DNA of 64,000 nucleotides from Burkholderiaceae bacterium (GCA_023653055.1 JAMNXR010000008.1:4733-68732), one strand, 5' to 3'; counted from the first letter of the stretch, positions 9,583 to 20,189 are shown. Program-made: numbers and translations. Notes: generated from the sequence alone by a model not told the origin.

Positions 9583-10950
9583 ATGTTACTTAGTGATCAA
9601 CCCAATAATCCTGAATTGACGCGGGAAATTTTGACAGTGTCCGAATTAAATCAAGCAGTCGCTCGACTTTTAGAGGACAGCTTCGATGTCAGTTGGGTGC
9701 GTGGTGAGGTTTCTAATTTCACACCCGCGACATCAGGTCATTGGTATTTCACACTCAAGGACAACGGAGCCTCGGTTCGAGCAGTGATGTTTCGCAGCCG
9801 TGCGGCCGCAGTGGGATTTATTCCAAAATCTGGTGACCAAATCGAACTTAAAGGGCGAGTCACGCTTTACGAAGCGCGTGGGGAATACCAAATCCAGGCT
9901 GAGCAAATGCGTCGCGCCGGTATCGGATCACTTTTTGAAGCGTTTCTGGTTTTAAAAAATAAATTGTCTCAAGAAGGGCTGTTTGATGCACAAAACAAGC
10001 GCGCAATCGCTGAGCATCCCAGAGCGATTGGCGTTATTACCTCCTTGTCGGCTGCAGCACTTCGCGATGTATTAACCGCGCTTGCTCGCCGCGCACCTCA
10101 CGTTCCTGTGATTATTTATCCAGCGATGGTGCAGGGTACAGGCTCTGCTCTACAGCTTCGACAGGCGCTGGCCTTGGCCAATGAGCGCCAAGAGGTCGAT
10201 ACCATCCTTTTGGTGAGAGGGGGCGGGAGTATTGAAGATCTTTGGAGTTTTAATGATGAGGCCTTGGCACGCGACATTTCAGCCAGCCTTATTCCTGTAG
10301 TGTCGGGTGTGGGGCACGAAACTGATTTCACAATCGCTGATTTTGTCTCAGACCTCCGTGCGCCGACGCCAACTGCAGCCGCTGAACTTGTTTGCACTGC
10401 CCGCGCTGCGCTGTCAGACCGTGTGGCGCGTGCCCAAGAGCAATGTACAGTTGCGCTGCATCGCAAGATTGATAGACTCGCGCAACGTGTAGACCGCCTT
10501 GCATCAGGCTTAGTGTCACCAGCGCAGAGGCTATCTCATCAGTCAGAGCGCTTGAGCGGACTTGTATTTAGGATGCGCGCAGCCGCTCAGCGTAGCGACC
10601 AGCAGCGCCGAACGTTGACAGATCGGGCCATCGCACGCCTGGGCGGTGTCATACCCGAGCTGGGTGCGTCACGTGCAAGTGTGCAGCGCGCTTCAGCCGC
10701 GTTGGATTCAGGGTATCGCAGGTTGCAGGCTTTACGTTCAGTGAAGTTGGCTTCATTGGCGGCACAGTGTCGTGCTCTCAGTCCTGAGCAAACCTTAAGT
10801 CGAGGGTATGCCATCGTCCGTACACAACAAGGTGCAGTCGTGCGTTCATCTCGTGAGGTCAGTCAAACCGACACCCTAGAGGTTAGTTTTGCTACAGGCG
10901 CAGCTGACGTTCAGGTTTTGGCACTTAAACACCCGCAGGATGGCGCGTGA
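9583..10950 (+). CDS. xseA: Exodeoxyribonuclease VII large subunit
   Basis: N-terminal OB fold ...LTVSELNQAVARLLEDSFDVSWVRGEVSNF... and the catalytic region GRGGGSIEDLW. I prefer the ATG at 9583; the ORF track starts at the GTG at 9556. Confidence 0.9.
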   Translation: MLLSDQPNNPELTREILTVSELNQAVARLLEDSFDVSWVRGEVSNFTPATSGHWYFTLKDNGASVRAVMFRSRAAAVGFIPKSGDQIELKGRVTLYEARGEYQIQAEQMRRAGIGSLFEAFLVLKNKLSQEGLFDAQNKRAIAEHPRAIGVITSLSAAALRDVLTALARRAPHVPVIIYPAMVQGTGSALQLRQALALANERQEVDTILLVRGGGSIEDLWSFNDEALARDISASLIPVVSGVGHETDFTIADFVSDLRAPTPTAAAELVCTARAALSDRVARAQEQCTVALHRKIDRLAQRVDRLASGLVSPAQRLSHQSERLSGLVFRMRAAAQRSDQQRRTLTDRAIARLGGVIPELGASRASVQRASAALDSGYRRLQALRSVKLASLAAQCRALSPEQTLSRGYAIVRTQQGAVVRSSREVSQTDTLEVSFATGAADVQVLALKHPQDGA

Positions 10951-11059
10951 GCATTTATGTAAACCCCTGACCATGGAAGGGTTGTCACCATGAATGCAGT
11001 ACGTCCGATACAATAGGCAATTGGTTTGTTTTACCCACATTCAAGAGGATTTTGCAGCA

Positions 11060-11638
11060 ATGGCTCACACACTCCCAGCTTTGCCTTACGCAATGGATGC
11101 TTTGGCACCCACAATTTCAAAAGAAACACTTGAGTTTCACTACGGCAAGCATCATCAGACCTACGTGACAAACTTAAACAATTTGATTCCTGGCACAGAG
11201 TTTGAGACGGCTTCTTTAGAAGAAATCGTCAAAAAATCTTCGGGTGGCATTTTCAACAATGCAGCCCAGGTATGGAACCACACGTTCTACTGGAACAGCA
11301 TGGCCCCTAATGCTGGCGGTGAGCCAACAGGCAAACTAGCCGATGCGATCAATGCCAAATGGGGTAGCGTTGCTGCCTTTAAGGAAGCGTTCAACAAATC
11401 TGCCGCCGGTAACTTTGGTTCAGGCTGGACATGGTTGGTCAAAAAGGCTGACGGTTCACTTGATATCGTCAACACCAGTAACGCAGCGACTCCGTTGACA
11501 ACGACGGATGTGGCATTGCTGACCTGTGATGTTTGGGAACACGCCTACTACATCGACTACCGTAATGCACGCCCCAAGTATCTAGAAAGTTTCTGGACCT
11601 TGGCTAACTGGGCATTTGCTGCTAAAAACTTCGGTTAA
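11060..11638 (+). CDS. sodB: Iron superoxide dismutase
   Basis: [17 protein letters not shown]...EFHYGKHH...[11 protein letters not shown]...[18 protein letters not shown] lies 10 nt upstream of the ATG at 11060. The ORF-track start at 10994 adds 22 non-conserved residues. Confidence 0.95.
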   Translation: MAHTLPALPYAMDALAPTISKETLEFHYGKHHQTYVTNLNNLIPGTEFETASLEEIVKKSSGGIFNNAAQVWNHTFYWNSMAPNAGGEPTGKLADAINAKWGSVAAFKEAFNKSAAGNFGSGWTWLVKKADGSLDIVNTSNAATPLTTTDVALLTCDVWEHAYYIDYRNARPKYLESFWTLANWAFAAKNFG

Positions 11639-11654
11639 TTTCAGCATCGCTCCA

Positions 11655-11683
11655 AAAGCCGACCTCCGGGTCGGTTTTTTTTT
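11655..11683 (+). terminator. Rho-independent terminator after sodB
   Basis: CCGACC-TCCG-GGTCGG followed by a T9 run. Confidence 0.85.
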
Positions 11684-11743
11684 GGATGCGATTTGCGCTA
11701 AGATTTCAACAGAGACTTTCAACATTTTAAAAAGAGATTCGCG

Positions 11744-12949
11744 ATGGATAAAAACGCTTATATTTGCGACGCAATTCGTACCCCTTTTGGTCGTTATGCT
11801 GGTGGGTTGGCAACGGTTCGAACAGACGACTTAGCCGCAATTCCAGTGCGTGCTTTGGCAGAGCGCAATCCAAGCGTCAAATGGGAAGAGCTTGATGATG
11901 CGTTGATGGGGTGCGCAAATCAAGCGGGCGAGGATAATCGCAACGTAGCCAGGATGGCAACGCTCTTGGCAGGTTTACCTGATGTTGTGCCTGGTGGAAC
12001 AATCAATCGTTTATGCGGTTCGGGTATGGATGCGATTGGTACGGCTGCCCGTGCCATTAAGGCTGGAGACGCCTCGTTGATGCTGGCGGGCGGTGTTGAA
12101 AGTATGACGCGTGCACCTTTTGTGATGGGTAAAGCGGATTCGGCTTTTTCTCGCAGCGCGTCGATCTATGACACCACGATTGGCTGGCGTTTCGTCAATA
12201 AGCTGATGAAAGCAAAATACGGTGTCGATTCGATGCCAGAAACTGCTGAAAACGTGGCGGATCAATTCAATATTTCTCGCGCAGATCAAGATTTGTTTGC
12301 AATGGCGAGCCAGGAAAAAACAGCTGCTGCACAAAAGAGTGGATATTTTGAAAGCGAAATCGTGGCAGTCAGTATTGCGCAAAAAAAGGGCGATGCGCTA
12401 ATCGTTAGTCGTGATGAACATCCTCGACTCACCACCCTTGAGTCGCTCACAAAGCTCAAAGGTGTTGTGCGTGAAGGCGGTTCCGTGACGGCAGGCAATG
12501 CTTCGGGCGTTAATGATGGCGCAGTGGCGATGCTCATTGCGCACGAGCAAGCCGCAGCACGTCATGGTCTCAAGCCGCGGGCCCGTGTGGTTGCAATGGC
12601 AACAGCAGGCGTGGCACCCCGCATCATGGGAATAGGTCCTGCCCCAGCTTCACAAAAGGTACTGGCCCTCGCGGGTTTGACCCTTGATCAGATGGATGTA
12701 ATTGAGCTCAATGAGGCTTTTGCGGCGCAAGGTATCGCCGTCTTGCGGATGCTAGGCATTGCTGACAACGATCCACGTGTCAACCCCAATGGTGGTGCGA
12801 TCGCCCTAGGTCACCCTCTTGGCGCAAGCGGAGCACGCCTTGTGATGACGGCGATCCACCAATTAGAGGTCACAGGCGGAAGATATGGCTTGTGCACAAT
12901 GTGCATCGGAGTGGGACAGGGTATCGCGATGATTATTGAACGCGTGTAA
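11744..12949 (+). CDS. Thiolase, 3-oxoadipyl-CoA/3-oxoacyl-CoA thiolase type (PcaF/PaaJ-like)
   Basis: 401 aa, AYICDAIRTPFGRYAGGL, active-site NRLCGSGMDA, and C-terminal GLCTMCIGVGQG. Confidence 0.85.
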   Translation: MDKNAYICDAIRTPFGRYAGGLATVRTDDLAAIPVRALAERNPSVKWEELDDALMGCANQAGEDNRNVARMATLLAGLPDVVPGGTINRLCGSGMDAIGTAARAIKAGDASLMLAGGVESMTRAPFVMGKADSAFSRSASIYDTTIGWRFVNKLMKAKYGVDSMPETAENVADQFNISRADQDLFAMASQEKTAAAQKSGYFESEIVAVSIAQKKGDALIVSRDEHPRLTTLESLTKLKGVVREGGSVTAGNASGVNDGAVAMLIAHEQAAARHGLKPRARVVAMATAGVAPRIMGIGPAPASQKVLALAGLTLDQMDVIELNEAFAAQGIAVLRMLGIADNDPRVNPNGGAIALGHPLGASGARLVMTAIHQLEVTGGRYGLCTMCIGVGQGIAMIIERV

Positions 12950-12967
12950 AGTGGGCTTTGATGCGTA

Positions 12968-13000
12968 ATACTCGGTCTATTGCAGACCGAGTATTTTTTT
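12968..13000 (+). terminator. Rho-independent terminator of the thiolase gene, embedded in the 3' end of the convergent DUF192 gene
   Basis: ATACTCGGTC-tattgca-GACCGAGTAT followed by TTTTTTT. The DUF192 stop codon (12977-12979) lies within the left arm of the stem. Confidence 0.8.
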
Positions 13001-13447
13001 GCCTGGTGACATTCCGCGCGCTGCAAACCAGCCCTGATCCATCTCTAGTGCAAACCTCACGGGCTTGCTGGAGCAGTGAGACTGATCACTTTGTGGCGTC
13101 ATGTCTGCAATATTTACAATCGTGCCGTCTGAATCTAAATATGCAATTGAAAGTGCAATAAGTGTATTGCGCATCCAAAAACACTGGACGTTTGCTTGAT
13201 CAAACACAAACAACATACCGTGATTCGGCGCGAGAGACTTGCGATTCATCAGCCCAATGGTTCTTGTTTCGGGAGTGGCTGCAATTTCGGCTTGAATGAC
13301 ATGCATGCCAGCGTTCAGTTTTTTAATCGGCAACGTAGGATTCATCTGGCCAAAAGCAGATGAAGTTGTGATGAAAAAACTAATAATAAAAACAAACAAC
13401 GCGACCATCAGATCGCGCTGTTTTTCTTGCGGGAACCGTCTATACAT
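12977..13447 (-). CDS. DUF192 (COG1430) family protein, probably exported
   Basis: 156 aa with a hydrophobic N-terminal segment, then RTIGLMNRKSLAPNHGMLFVF...FWMRNTLIALSIAY, characteristic of DUF192. The true start may be an internal Met. Confidence 0.75.
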   Translation of the reverse strand: MYRRFPQEKQRDLMVALFVFIISFFITTSSAFGQMNPTLPIKKLNAGMHVIQAEIAATPETRTIGLMNRKSLAPNHGMLFVFDQANVQCFWMRNTLIALSIAYLDSDGTIVNIADMTPQSDQSHCSSKPVRFALEMDQGWFAARGMSPGKKILGLQ

Positions 13448-13482
13448 TGCGTATTATCCAAGGGGTTATTCACCCCGCCTAT

Positions 13483-13716
13483 TTAGGCAGCCGTTATATT
13501 AGTGGCTTGTTTGCCCTTAGGACCTTGTGTGATTTCAAAGGCGACTTTTTGGCCTTCTTTTAGTGTTTTGAAACCGTCCATGTGGATCGCTGAAAAATGT
13601 GCAAACAGATCCTCGCCGCCGTCATCGGGCGTCACGAATCCAAAGCCTTTTGCGTCGTTGAACCATTTCACTACACCTGTGACCTTAGGGCCATTACTTG
13701 TGGTCGAGTCTGACAT
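13483..13716 (-). CDS. cspA: Cold-shock protein, CspA family
   Basis: [32 protein letters not shown] carries the RNP1/RNP2 motifs. AAGAGG SD upstream. Confidence 0.9.
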   Translation of the reverse strand: MSDSTTSNGPKVTGVVKWFNDAKGFGFVTPDDGGEDLFAHFSAIHMDGFKTLKEGQKVAFEITQGPKGKQATNITAA

Positions 13717-13800
13717 TCCGACTGCCTCTTATGTACGTTGTATAAACTAAACTGAAAACTGATTTAAAGCGGATGCTTAAAATCAAATTTCGGCAACTTG

Positions 13801-13822
13801 ACACTCAATATTATTTGAGTGT
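13801..13822 (-). promoter_or_regulatory. Perfect 8-bp inverted repeat in the putative long csp 5' leader / clpS-csp divergent control region
   Basis: ACACTCAA-tattat-TTGAGTGT. Confidence 0.3.
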
Positions 13823-13972
13823 TTAGCGATATTCGTTAGATTTAATCCTTTCGTCAAGTATCGGTTTGCCTAGTATGGAAACTTTTTTACTTGTTGAGAT
13901 CAGATATTAAGTAGTTTTTTGTGCCTTTTGGGTCTGTAGAATAAAGGTATCTTTTTAATTGAACTGTTAAAC

Positions 13973-14296
13973 ATGCCTGCACGCACTTCTTCCATACCGG
14001 ATCTTGTTGTTGAGAAGCAGAGCGCAAAAACTGCGCCACCACCTATGTATAGGGTGATTCTGCTGAATGACGATTACACGCCCATGGAGTTTGTTGTGCA
14101 TGTCCTCCAAAAGTTTTTCAACAAGGGTCAAGAAGAAGCAATGCGGATCATGTTGCAAGTTCACCACGAAGGCAAAGGTGTGTGTGGGGTTTACCCGCAC
14201 GACATCGCTGCCAGTCGAATTGCGCTGGTCGCGCAACATGCGCGGGCCCGTCAGCACCCATTGCAGTGTGTGATGGAACCGGCTGGTGACCAATAA
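13973..14296 (+). CDS. clpS: ATP-dependent Clp protease adaptor ClpS
   Basis: [27 protein letters not shown]...[13 protein letters not shown]. Confidence 0.95.
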   Translation: MPARTSSIPDLVVEKQSAKTAPPPMYRVILLNDDYTPMEFVVHVLQKFFNKGQEEAMRIMLQVHHEGKGVCGVYPHDIAASRIALVAQHARARQHPLQCVMEPAGDQ

Positions 14297-14348
14297 GGCA
14301 TAGAATGCAATTTAACGGTGTAACACTTGAAAGAACGTCGGAGGAAAT

Positions 14349-16670
14349 GTGATTTCCCAAGAGCTTGAAGTTAGTCTGCATATGGCCTTTGTTGAGGCCC
14401 GCTCAGCGCGTCATGAGTTCATTACCGTTGAGCACTTACTTTTGTCGCTGCTCGACAATGCCGCCGCAATTGAAGTGCTACGCGCATGCGCCGCCAACAT
14501 CGACGAATTGCGCAATAATTTGCGCAAATTTGTGACGGATAACACGCCGGTGATTCCTGCGGGAGCTGAGGTGGACACTCAACCCACTCTTGGTTTTCAG
14601 CGCGTGATTCAACGTGCAATCATGCATGTGTCCGCGGGTGGTGCCTCCAAAAAACCTGTGACGGGTGCCAATGTGCTCGTTGCTATTTTTGGTGAAAAAG
14701 AATCCCATGCCGTGTTTTATCTGCAGCAACAGGGAATTTCTCGTTTAGACGTTGTGAATTTTCTTTCGCATGGCATCAGTAAACAAACTGCAGCTGAGAC
14801 GCCCTCTGGACCCAAAGAGCAACAAAACGAGGGTGCGGAGCAAAACGCCGAAGGCAAACAGTCACCGCTTGATTTGTACACACAAGACTTGAATGCTGCC
14901 GCGATTGCGGGTCGTATTGATCCCCTGATTGGACGCGATCAAGAAGTCGAACGTGTCATTCAGACTTTGTGTCGTCGCAGAAAAAACAATCCCTTACTTG
15001 TGGGTGAGGCAGGTGTCGGCAAAACAGCAATTGCCGAAGGCCTCGCATACCGGATTACGCAGGGCGAGGTTCCTGAAGTGCTTCAGGATGCTCAGGTGTT
15101 CTCTTTGGACATGGGCGCGCTTTTAGCGGGCACTAAATATCGCGGTGATTTCGAGCAGCGTCTCAAGGGCGTGCTCAAACAGTTAAAAAATAATCCGCAA
15201 GCCATTTTGTTTATTGATGAGATCCACACGTTGATTGGCGCAGGCTCTGCATCGGGCGGCACACTTGACGCCTCCAACTTACTCAAGCCCGCTTTGTCCT
15301 CTGGTCAACTGCGCTGCATTGGCGCGACAACGTACACCGAGTTTCGCGGTGTCTTTGAAAAAGATGCTGCGCTCTCGCGTCGCTTTCAAAAGGTAGATGT
15401 CTCCGAACCCACCGTTGCGCAGACGATCCAAATTTTGCGTGGCCTGAAAGGGCGGTTCGAGGAGCATCACGGGGTCAAGTACTCAAGTGTTGCCTTAACC
15501 GCTGCCGCGGAGTTGTCCGCTCGGCACATCAACGACCGGCATTTGCCGGATAAGGCCATTGATGTGATTGACGAGGCCGGTGCAGCGCAACGCTTGCTGC
15601 CCCGCTCTAAGCAAAAGAAAGTCATTGGAAAGACAGATATCGAAGCGATCGTTTCTAAGATTGCCCGAATTCCTCCACAGACCGTCTCAAGTGATGACCG
15701 CAGCAAGCTTGCCAGTCTTGAGCGTGATTTGAAAACGGTCGTTTACGGTCAAGATGGCGCAATTGAGGCACTTTCGGGTGCAATCAAAATGGCGCGATCT
15801 GGATTAGGTCGCCCTGAAAAGCCTATCGGTGCTTTTCTGTTTTCTGGTCCGACTGGCGTTGGTAAAACTGAAGTGGCACGCCAATTGGCGTTCACACTCG
15901 GAGTAGAACTGCTGCGCTTTGATATGTCTGAGTATATGGAGCGGCACACTGTTTCACGTCTGATTGGTGCGCCTCCAGGTTATGTCGGTTTCGATCAAGG
16001 TGGTTTGTTGACCGAGGCCATTAATAAACAACCACATTGCGTGCTGCTACTAGATGAAATCGAAAAAGCGCATCCGGATGTATTTAATATTTTACTCCAG
16101 GTGATGGATCATGGAACATTGACGGATAACAACGGCCGTAAAGCAGATTTCCGCAATGTGATTTTAGTGATGACGACCAACGCTGGAGCAGAAGCGTTAA
16201 ACAAACCAAATATTGGTTTTTCTAATACGCGTGCAAGTGGCGATGAAATGGGCGATATCAAACGCCTGTTTTCCCCAGAGTTCCGTAACCGTCTCGATGC
16301 GATTGTTCACTTTGCACCCTTGAGTCAAGAGGTGATTCTGCGTGTTGTAGACAAGTTCCTCATGCAACTCGAAGACCAATTGCATGATAAACGCGTCGAG
16401 GTCTCCTTCACCGATGCCTTGCGCGCGCATCTTGGAAAAAATGGTTTTGATCCGCTGATGGGGGCTCGTCCAATGCAGCGTTTGATTCAGGACACCTTAC
16501 GTCGTGCGTTGGCCGATGAGCTGCTGTTTGGCAAGCTCGTCGATGGCGGTTCAGTTTGCGTGGACGTCGATGCGGACGGCAAGGTTATTCTTGAGTTTGC
16601 TGTCAAGGACGACAAAGGACCTGACGTTGCAAAAGGTTCTGATCAGGAGGCAGTCCTGCTGCATTCATGA
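14349..16670 (+). CDS. clpA: ATP-dependent Clp protease ATP-binding subunit ClpA
   Basis: 773 aa with a GTG start. N-domain EHLLLSLL, two AAA+ modules ([18 protein letters not shown]). Confidence 0.95.
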   Translation: MISQELEVSLHMAFVEARSARHEFITVEHLLLSLLDNAAAIEVLRACAANIDELRNNLRKFVTDNTPVIPAGAEVDTQPTLGFQRVIQRAIMHVSAGGASKKPVTGANVLVAIFGEKESHAVFYLQQQGISRLDVVNFLSHGISKQTAAETPSGPKEQQNEGAEQNAEGKQSPLDLYTQDLNAAAIAGRIDPLIGRDQEVERVIQTLCRRRKNNPLLVGEAGVGKTAIAEGLAYRITQGEVPEVLQDAQVFSLDMGALLAGTKYRGDFEQRLKGVLKQLKNNPQAILFIDEIHTLIGAGSASGGTLDASNLLKPALSSGQLRCIGATTYTEFRGVFEKDAALSRRFQKVDVSEPTVAQTIQILRGLKGRFEEHHGVKYSSVALTAAAELSARHINDRHLPDKAIDVIDEAGAAQRLLPRSKQKKVIGKTDIEAIVSKIARIPPQTVSSDDRSKLASLERDLKTVVYGQDGAIEALSGAIKMARSGLGRPEKPIGAFLFSGPTGVGKTEVARQLAFTLGVELLRFDMSEYMERHTVSRLIGAPPGYVGFDQGGLLTEAINKQPHCVLLLDEIEKAHPDVFNILLQVMDHGTLTDNNGRKADFRNVILVMTTNAGAEALNKPNIGFSNTRASGDEMGDIKRLFSPEFRNRLDAIVHFAPLSQEVILRVVDKFLMQLEDQLHDKRVEVSFTDALRAHLGKNGFDPLMGARPMQRLIQDTLRRALADELLFGKLVDGGSVCVDVDADGKVILEFAVKDDKGPDVAKGSDQEAVLLHS

Positions 16671-17851
16671 CCCTTTTCACAGCTCGTACGTTCTCTGAGT
16701 TGCATAAACAGCCCCTCACGTTGACATGTCATCATTGCGGGGCTGTTTACAGTCGTCCCAAGCTTGAACCTGACCAATGGACTCAGTGCGTCAGATGTAA
16801 TAGCGTGCTCGAGACTTATGCCGCCTTTACGCCTTCAGCCTGGCTTGCAATTATTCTGACTGCTTTTATCAGTTTAATCTTCGCCAATATCTATCCCGTT
16901 GCAACTCTTTACTTACAAGGTCAGGGGCAAGCCGCTACATTCTTTGATGCTGTTTCAGTGGTTTGGAGAGAGGGCTATCAAGAGGTCGCTTTTATTACGT
17001 TTGCTGCAGGCTTTTTATTACCTGTGATCCATCTTTGTTTACTTTTTATGGTGTTGTTACCATTGTCGCTTGGCCGTTTGCCCTTTTATTTTGAATGGGC
17101 AATCAAAATGATTGATCACTTAAAGCCTTGGTGCATGGTGCCAGTGTTTCTGGTTGGTATTCTCGTCTCGGTGGTCAAGCTTATTGGCTTGGCATCTCTT
17201 GTTGTTGGAGTCGGACTGTTTGCGACGGCTTGTGCTGCAATTTTTATTACAAGCTTTGGTCGCTTGGATGAACACCGACTACGTTTAATGGCACTAGATT
17301 TAGGGGTGCCCGCTCAATTGCCTTCTATCCCTAAACCCCCATCTCCTGCGCGTATCAGACAGGTTTGGGCCTTTGTGATCGCTGCGGTGATTTTGTATAT
17401 TCCAGCCAATCTCCTGCCGATCATGCAAATTACTTCTTTCGGTGGCACCTCGGCGCATACAATTGTTGGCGGTGTGATTGAGCTATTTCAGATGGGTTCA
17501 TGGGACATCGCACTTGTCGTCTTTGTCGCAAGTGTGATGGTGCCCGTTTTTAAGCTTGTCGCCTTGTCCGTATTATTGGCACTGACCCAGTTCGGTGCAA
17601 TGCACGGACTTCGCAGACGAACACAGATTTATCGCGTCGTTGAGTTTATTGGTCAATGGTCAATGTTGGACGTATTTGTCGTCATTTTACTTTCAGCTTT
17701 GGGGCAGTTTGGAGCCCTATTAAGGATTGAGCCGGGTACTGGTGCGATCGCTTTTGGTGCGGTAGTGATACTGACGATGTTGGCCGCACTTAGTTTTGAC
17801 CCCAGACTTGCTTGGCGGCGCGCAGGCTACCGCCGCTACATTTCATCGTGA
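16667..17851 (+). CDS. pqiA: Paraquat-inducible protein A (PqiA), inner-membrane component of the Pqi lipid-transport system
   Basis: 394 aa, CHHCGAVY...CVRCNSVL zinc-ribbon-like motif and a duplicated PqiA membrane domain. The ATG overlaps the clpA TGA (ATGA at 16667-16670). Confidence 0.85.
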   Translation: MTLFTARTFSELHKQPLTLTCHHCGAVYSRPKLEPDQWTQCVRCNSVLETYAAFTPSAWLAIILTAFISLIFANIYPVATLYLQGQGQAATFFDAVSVVWREGYQEVAFITFAAGFLLPVIHLCLLFMVLLPLSLGRLPFYFEWAIKMIDHLKPWCMVPVFLVGILVSVVKLIGLASLVVGVGLFATACAAIFITSFGRLDEHRLRLMALDLGVPAQLPSIPKPPSPARIRQVWAFVIAAVILYIPANLLPIMQITSFGGTSAHTIVGGVIELFQMGSWDIALVVFVASVMVPVFKLVALSVLLALTQFGAMHGLRRRTQIYRVVEFIGQWSMLDVFVVILLSALGQFGALLRIEPGTGAIAFGAVVILTMLAALSFDPRLAWRRAGYRRYISS

Positions 17852-17886
17852 TTTAAAATTCAGCATTATGGTCAAGAGAGATTGCT

Positions 17887-19560
17887 TTGAGTCAACCTAA
17901 TGAGCCCAGTATTCAGTCGCCAGTTCGAGAGAGCGTAGCAATGCCATTGCCGCGTGTCACGCGCCGTCCAAAGCGCAGTCTTGCCTGGGTGTGGTTTATT
18001 CCTATTGCGGCACTTTTAGTTGGCCTCTCAATCATCTGGCACGACATGTCGCAGCAGGGGCCCAAAATCACCATTTCTTTTGAGTCAGCCACAGGCATTG
18101 AAAATGGCAAGACGCAGATTAAATACCGTGATGTTGTCATTGGTTTGGTCAGAAGTGTTCGACTTAATGATAAGCAAGACGGCGTGATTGTTGAGGCGGA
18201 CCTTACTAAAAATGGTGCCTCGTTTGCGCGTGAAGGTTCACGCTTTTGGGTCGTTAGACCGCGCATCGGCTTAGGGGGTGTCTCTGGGTTAAGCACCTTG
18301 ATTTCAGGTTCTTACATTGAAACGGATTTTGATAACTCAACAAAATCTACGACCAATCAGAAAGCATTTGTTGGCTTGGAGCAGCCGCCGCCCATCGCAA
18401 GTAGTCGACCAGGCACGCATTATGTCCTTCGGACAGCGAGTCTTGGCTCTCTTGGATCTGGCACACCCATTTTTTATCGGCGGATCCAGGTTGGGTTGGT
18501 GACTGGTTTTAAACTCAATGAGTCGGGACAGGATGTGGATCTCAATGTTTTTGTAGATTCACCTTATGACAAGTTTATTGATTCCAGCACACGGTTTTGG
18601 AATGAAAGCGGCATCGATTTGACGATCGGTGCGAGTGGTATGCAGTTGCAAACTGAATCTCTAATATCTTTGATTTCTGGTGGAATTTCATTTTCGTCCT
18701 TTGGCAAACCCGTGCCGTTGCTTGATACAAAAAAGCCTTTCAAGCTCTATGGCTCACGCACTGCAGCAGAAATTGTCCCACAGGGGGTTGCTGTCCCCAT
18801 TCGTATGCGTTTTGAGCAGTCTGTTCGGGGTTTAAATGTTGGAGCAGCGGTTGCGTTCCAAGGCGTCGATATTGGTATCGTAGACTCCGTTGTACTTGAT
18901 TTTGATATCGTTACACGACGCTTCTTTTCGGTGGTAGATGCAACCTTGTATCCGGAAAGGTTAGGCGCCATTTATGTTGAGTTAAAACTATCTCGTCAAA
19001 CACCCGAGGACATTGCCGAATCTTTGAGCGATATGACAAGCAAGGGCTTACGTGCACAACTGAGAACTGCAAATATCTTGACCGGGCAACTTTATATTAC
19101 TTTAGCGGATATCCCGAACCTACCGCTTGGCGATAGAGTGCAAGCCTCTTTGCCTTTCAATATGCCAACAATGGATGCAGATGACTTGGGAAGTATGCAA
19201 GCGCAGATCGGTAGCATCATTTCCAAGATCGACAAGATTCCTTTCGAAAAACTAGCGGATGATCTTGATGATATGGTGGTCGAAATTAAACGTTTAAGCG
19301 CTAATGTTGATAAAAGCGTGACACCTAAGTTGACTTCGATGCTCTCCCAAATTGAAACTACGGTTAAGAATTTCAACAAACTGATTGCACCAGGTAGCCC
19401 GCTCACTTCAAATACGGAAGCGATGCTGGATGATTTAAAGAGTAGTTTGAAATCTTTGCGTTCGCTCACCGATAGTTTGCAGGCGAATCCTGACTCGATC
19501 ATTCGAGGACGCAGCACGCAGCCTTATTCCAGAGATACGCTTGGAGCAACAGGAAAATGA
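17887..19560 (+). CDS. pqiB: Multi-MCE-domain intermembrane transport protein PqiB
   Basis: 557 aa with an N-terminal TM (WVWFIPIAALLVGLSI), repeated MCE-like segments (RYRDVVIGLV..., FYRRIQVGLV..., VAFQGVDIGIV...) and a C-terminal coiled-coil-like tail. Start uncertain: TTG at 17887 or ATG at 17941. Confidence 0.85.
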   Translation: MSQPNEPSIQSPVRESVAMPLPRVTRRPKRSLAWVWFIPIAALLVGLSIIWHDMSQQGPKITISFESATGIENGKTQIKYRDVVIGLVRSVRLNDKQDGVIVEADLTKNGASFAREGSRFWVVRPRIGLGGVSGLSTLISGSYIETDFDNSTKSTTNQKAFVGLEQPPPIASSRPGTHYVLRTASLGSLGSGTPIFYRRIQVGLVTGFKLNESGQDVDLNVFVDSPYDKFIDSSTRFWNESGIDLTIGASGMQLQTESLISLISGGISFSSFGKPVPLLDTKKPFKLYGSRTAAEIVPQGVAVPIRMRFEQSVRGLNVGAAVAFQGVDIGIVDSVVLDFDIVTRRFFSVVDATLYPERLGAIYVELKLSRQTPEDIAESLSDMTSKGLRAQLRTANILTGQLYITLADIPNLPLGDRVQASLPFNMPTMDADDLGSMQAQIGSIISKIDKIPFEKLADDLDDMVVEIKRLSANVDKSVTPKLTSMLSQIETTVKNFNKLIAPGSPLTSNTEAMLDDLKSSLKSLRSLTDSLQANPDSIIRGRSTQPYSRDTLGATGK

Positions 19561-20189
19561 AGCTTTCACTTATACGTTGTGCCTTAGCTTTAGGCGTGCT
19601 CAGTCTTGTTGGCTGCTCAGGACCACCAGCACAGCATTACACGCTCAGTCGGATTGATTCTCAGGCTGCGCTGGTGTCCAAGAGTGCGGCCGTTCAGTCT
19701 TCTAGAGGTGTTGGACTCTATACCTTGTCTGAGATCTCAGTCCCAGCTCAAGTGGATAACCTTTCTATTGTAGTCAGGCAAGGTGATGGTCGTTTGATGG
19801 TCTTGGGTGAGGACAAATGGACGGGCTCCTTGTCATCGCAGTTGTCGACTGCATTGTCTCAAGCATTGACACAACGTTTGGGTATGCCGCCCCTACAAAA
19901 GCTCGTTTCCGAAGCCGCGCTGTCTTCTGTCACAAAAGTGCAGATGGATGTGCAACGTTTTGATTTGATTCCTGGGCAGTCTGTATCGCTTGATACGGTT
20001 TGGAGTGTGCGTTTCCCTGGCGGCAAATCATTTCTGACTTGCTACACGCGCTTGCAGCAACCAGTGGGTATTGGTGTGCTTGCCTTGGTTCAGGGCCAGC
20101 AGGACAATGTTCAAGCACTGGCTGCACAGCTTGCAGAAACATTGATGAGTCGCAAGGCACCAGCGGGATCTACCTGTACGGGGGGTTAA
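19557..20189 (+). CDS. pqiC: PqiC/YmbA-type lipoprotein (ABC-type transport auxiliary component)
   Basis: 210 aa with signal peptide and lipobox LSLVGC. ATGA overlap with pqiB, in the expected third position of a pqi operon. Confidence 0.75.
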   Translation: MKLSLIRCALALGVLSLVGCSGPPAQHYTLSRIDSQAALVSKSAAVQSSRGVGLYTLSEISVPAQVDNLSIVVRQGDGRLMVLGEDKWTGSLSSQLSTALSQALTQRLGMPPLQKLVSEAALSSVTKVQMDVQRFDLIPGQSVSLDTVWSVRFPGGKSFLTCYTRLQQPVGIGVLALVQGQQDNVQALAAQLAETLMSRKAPAGSTCTGG

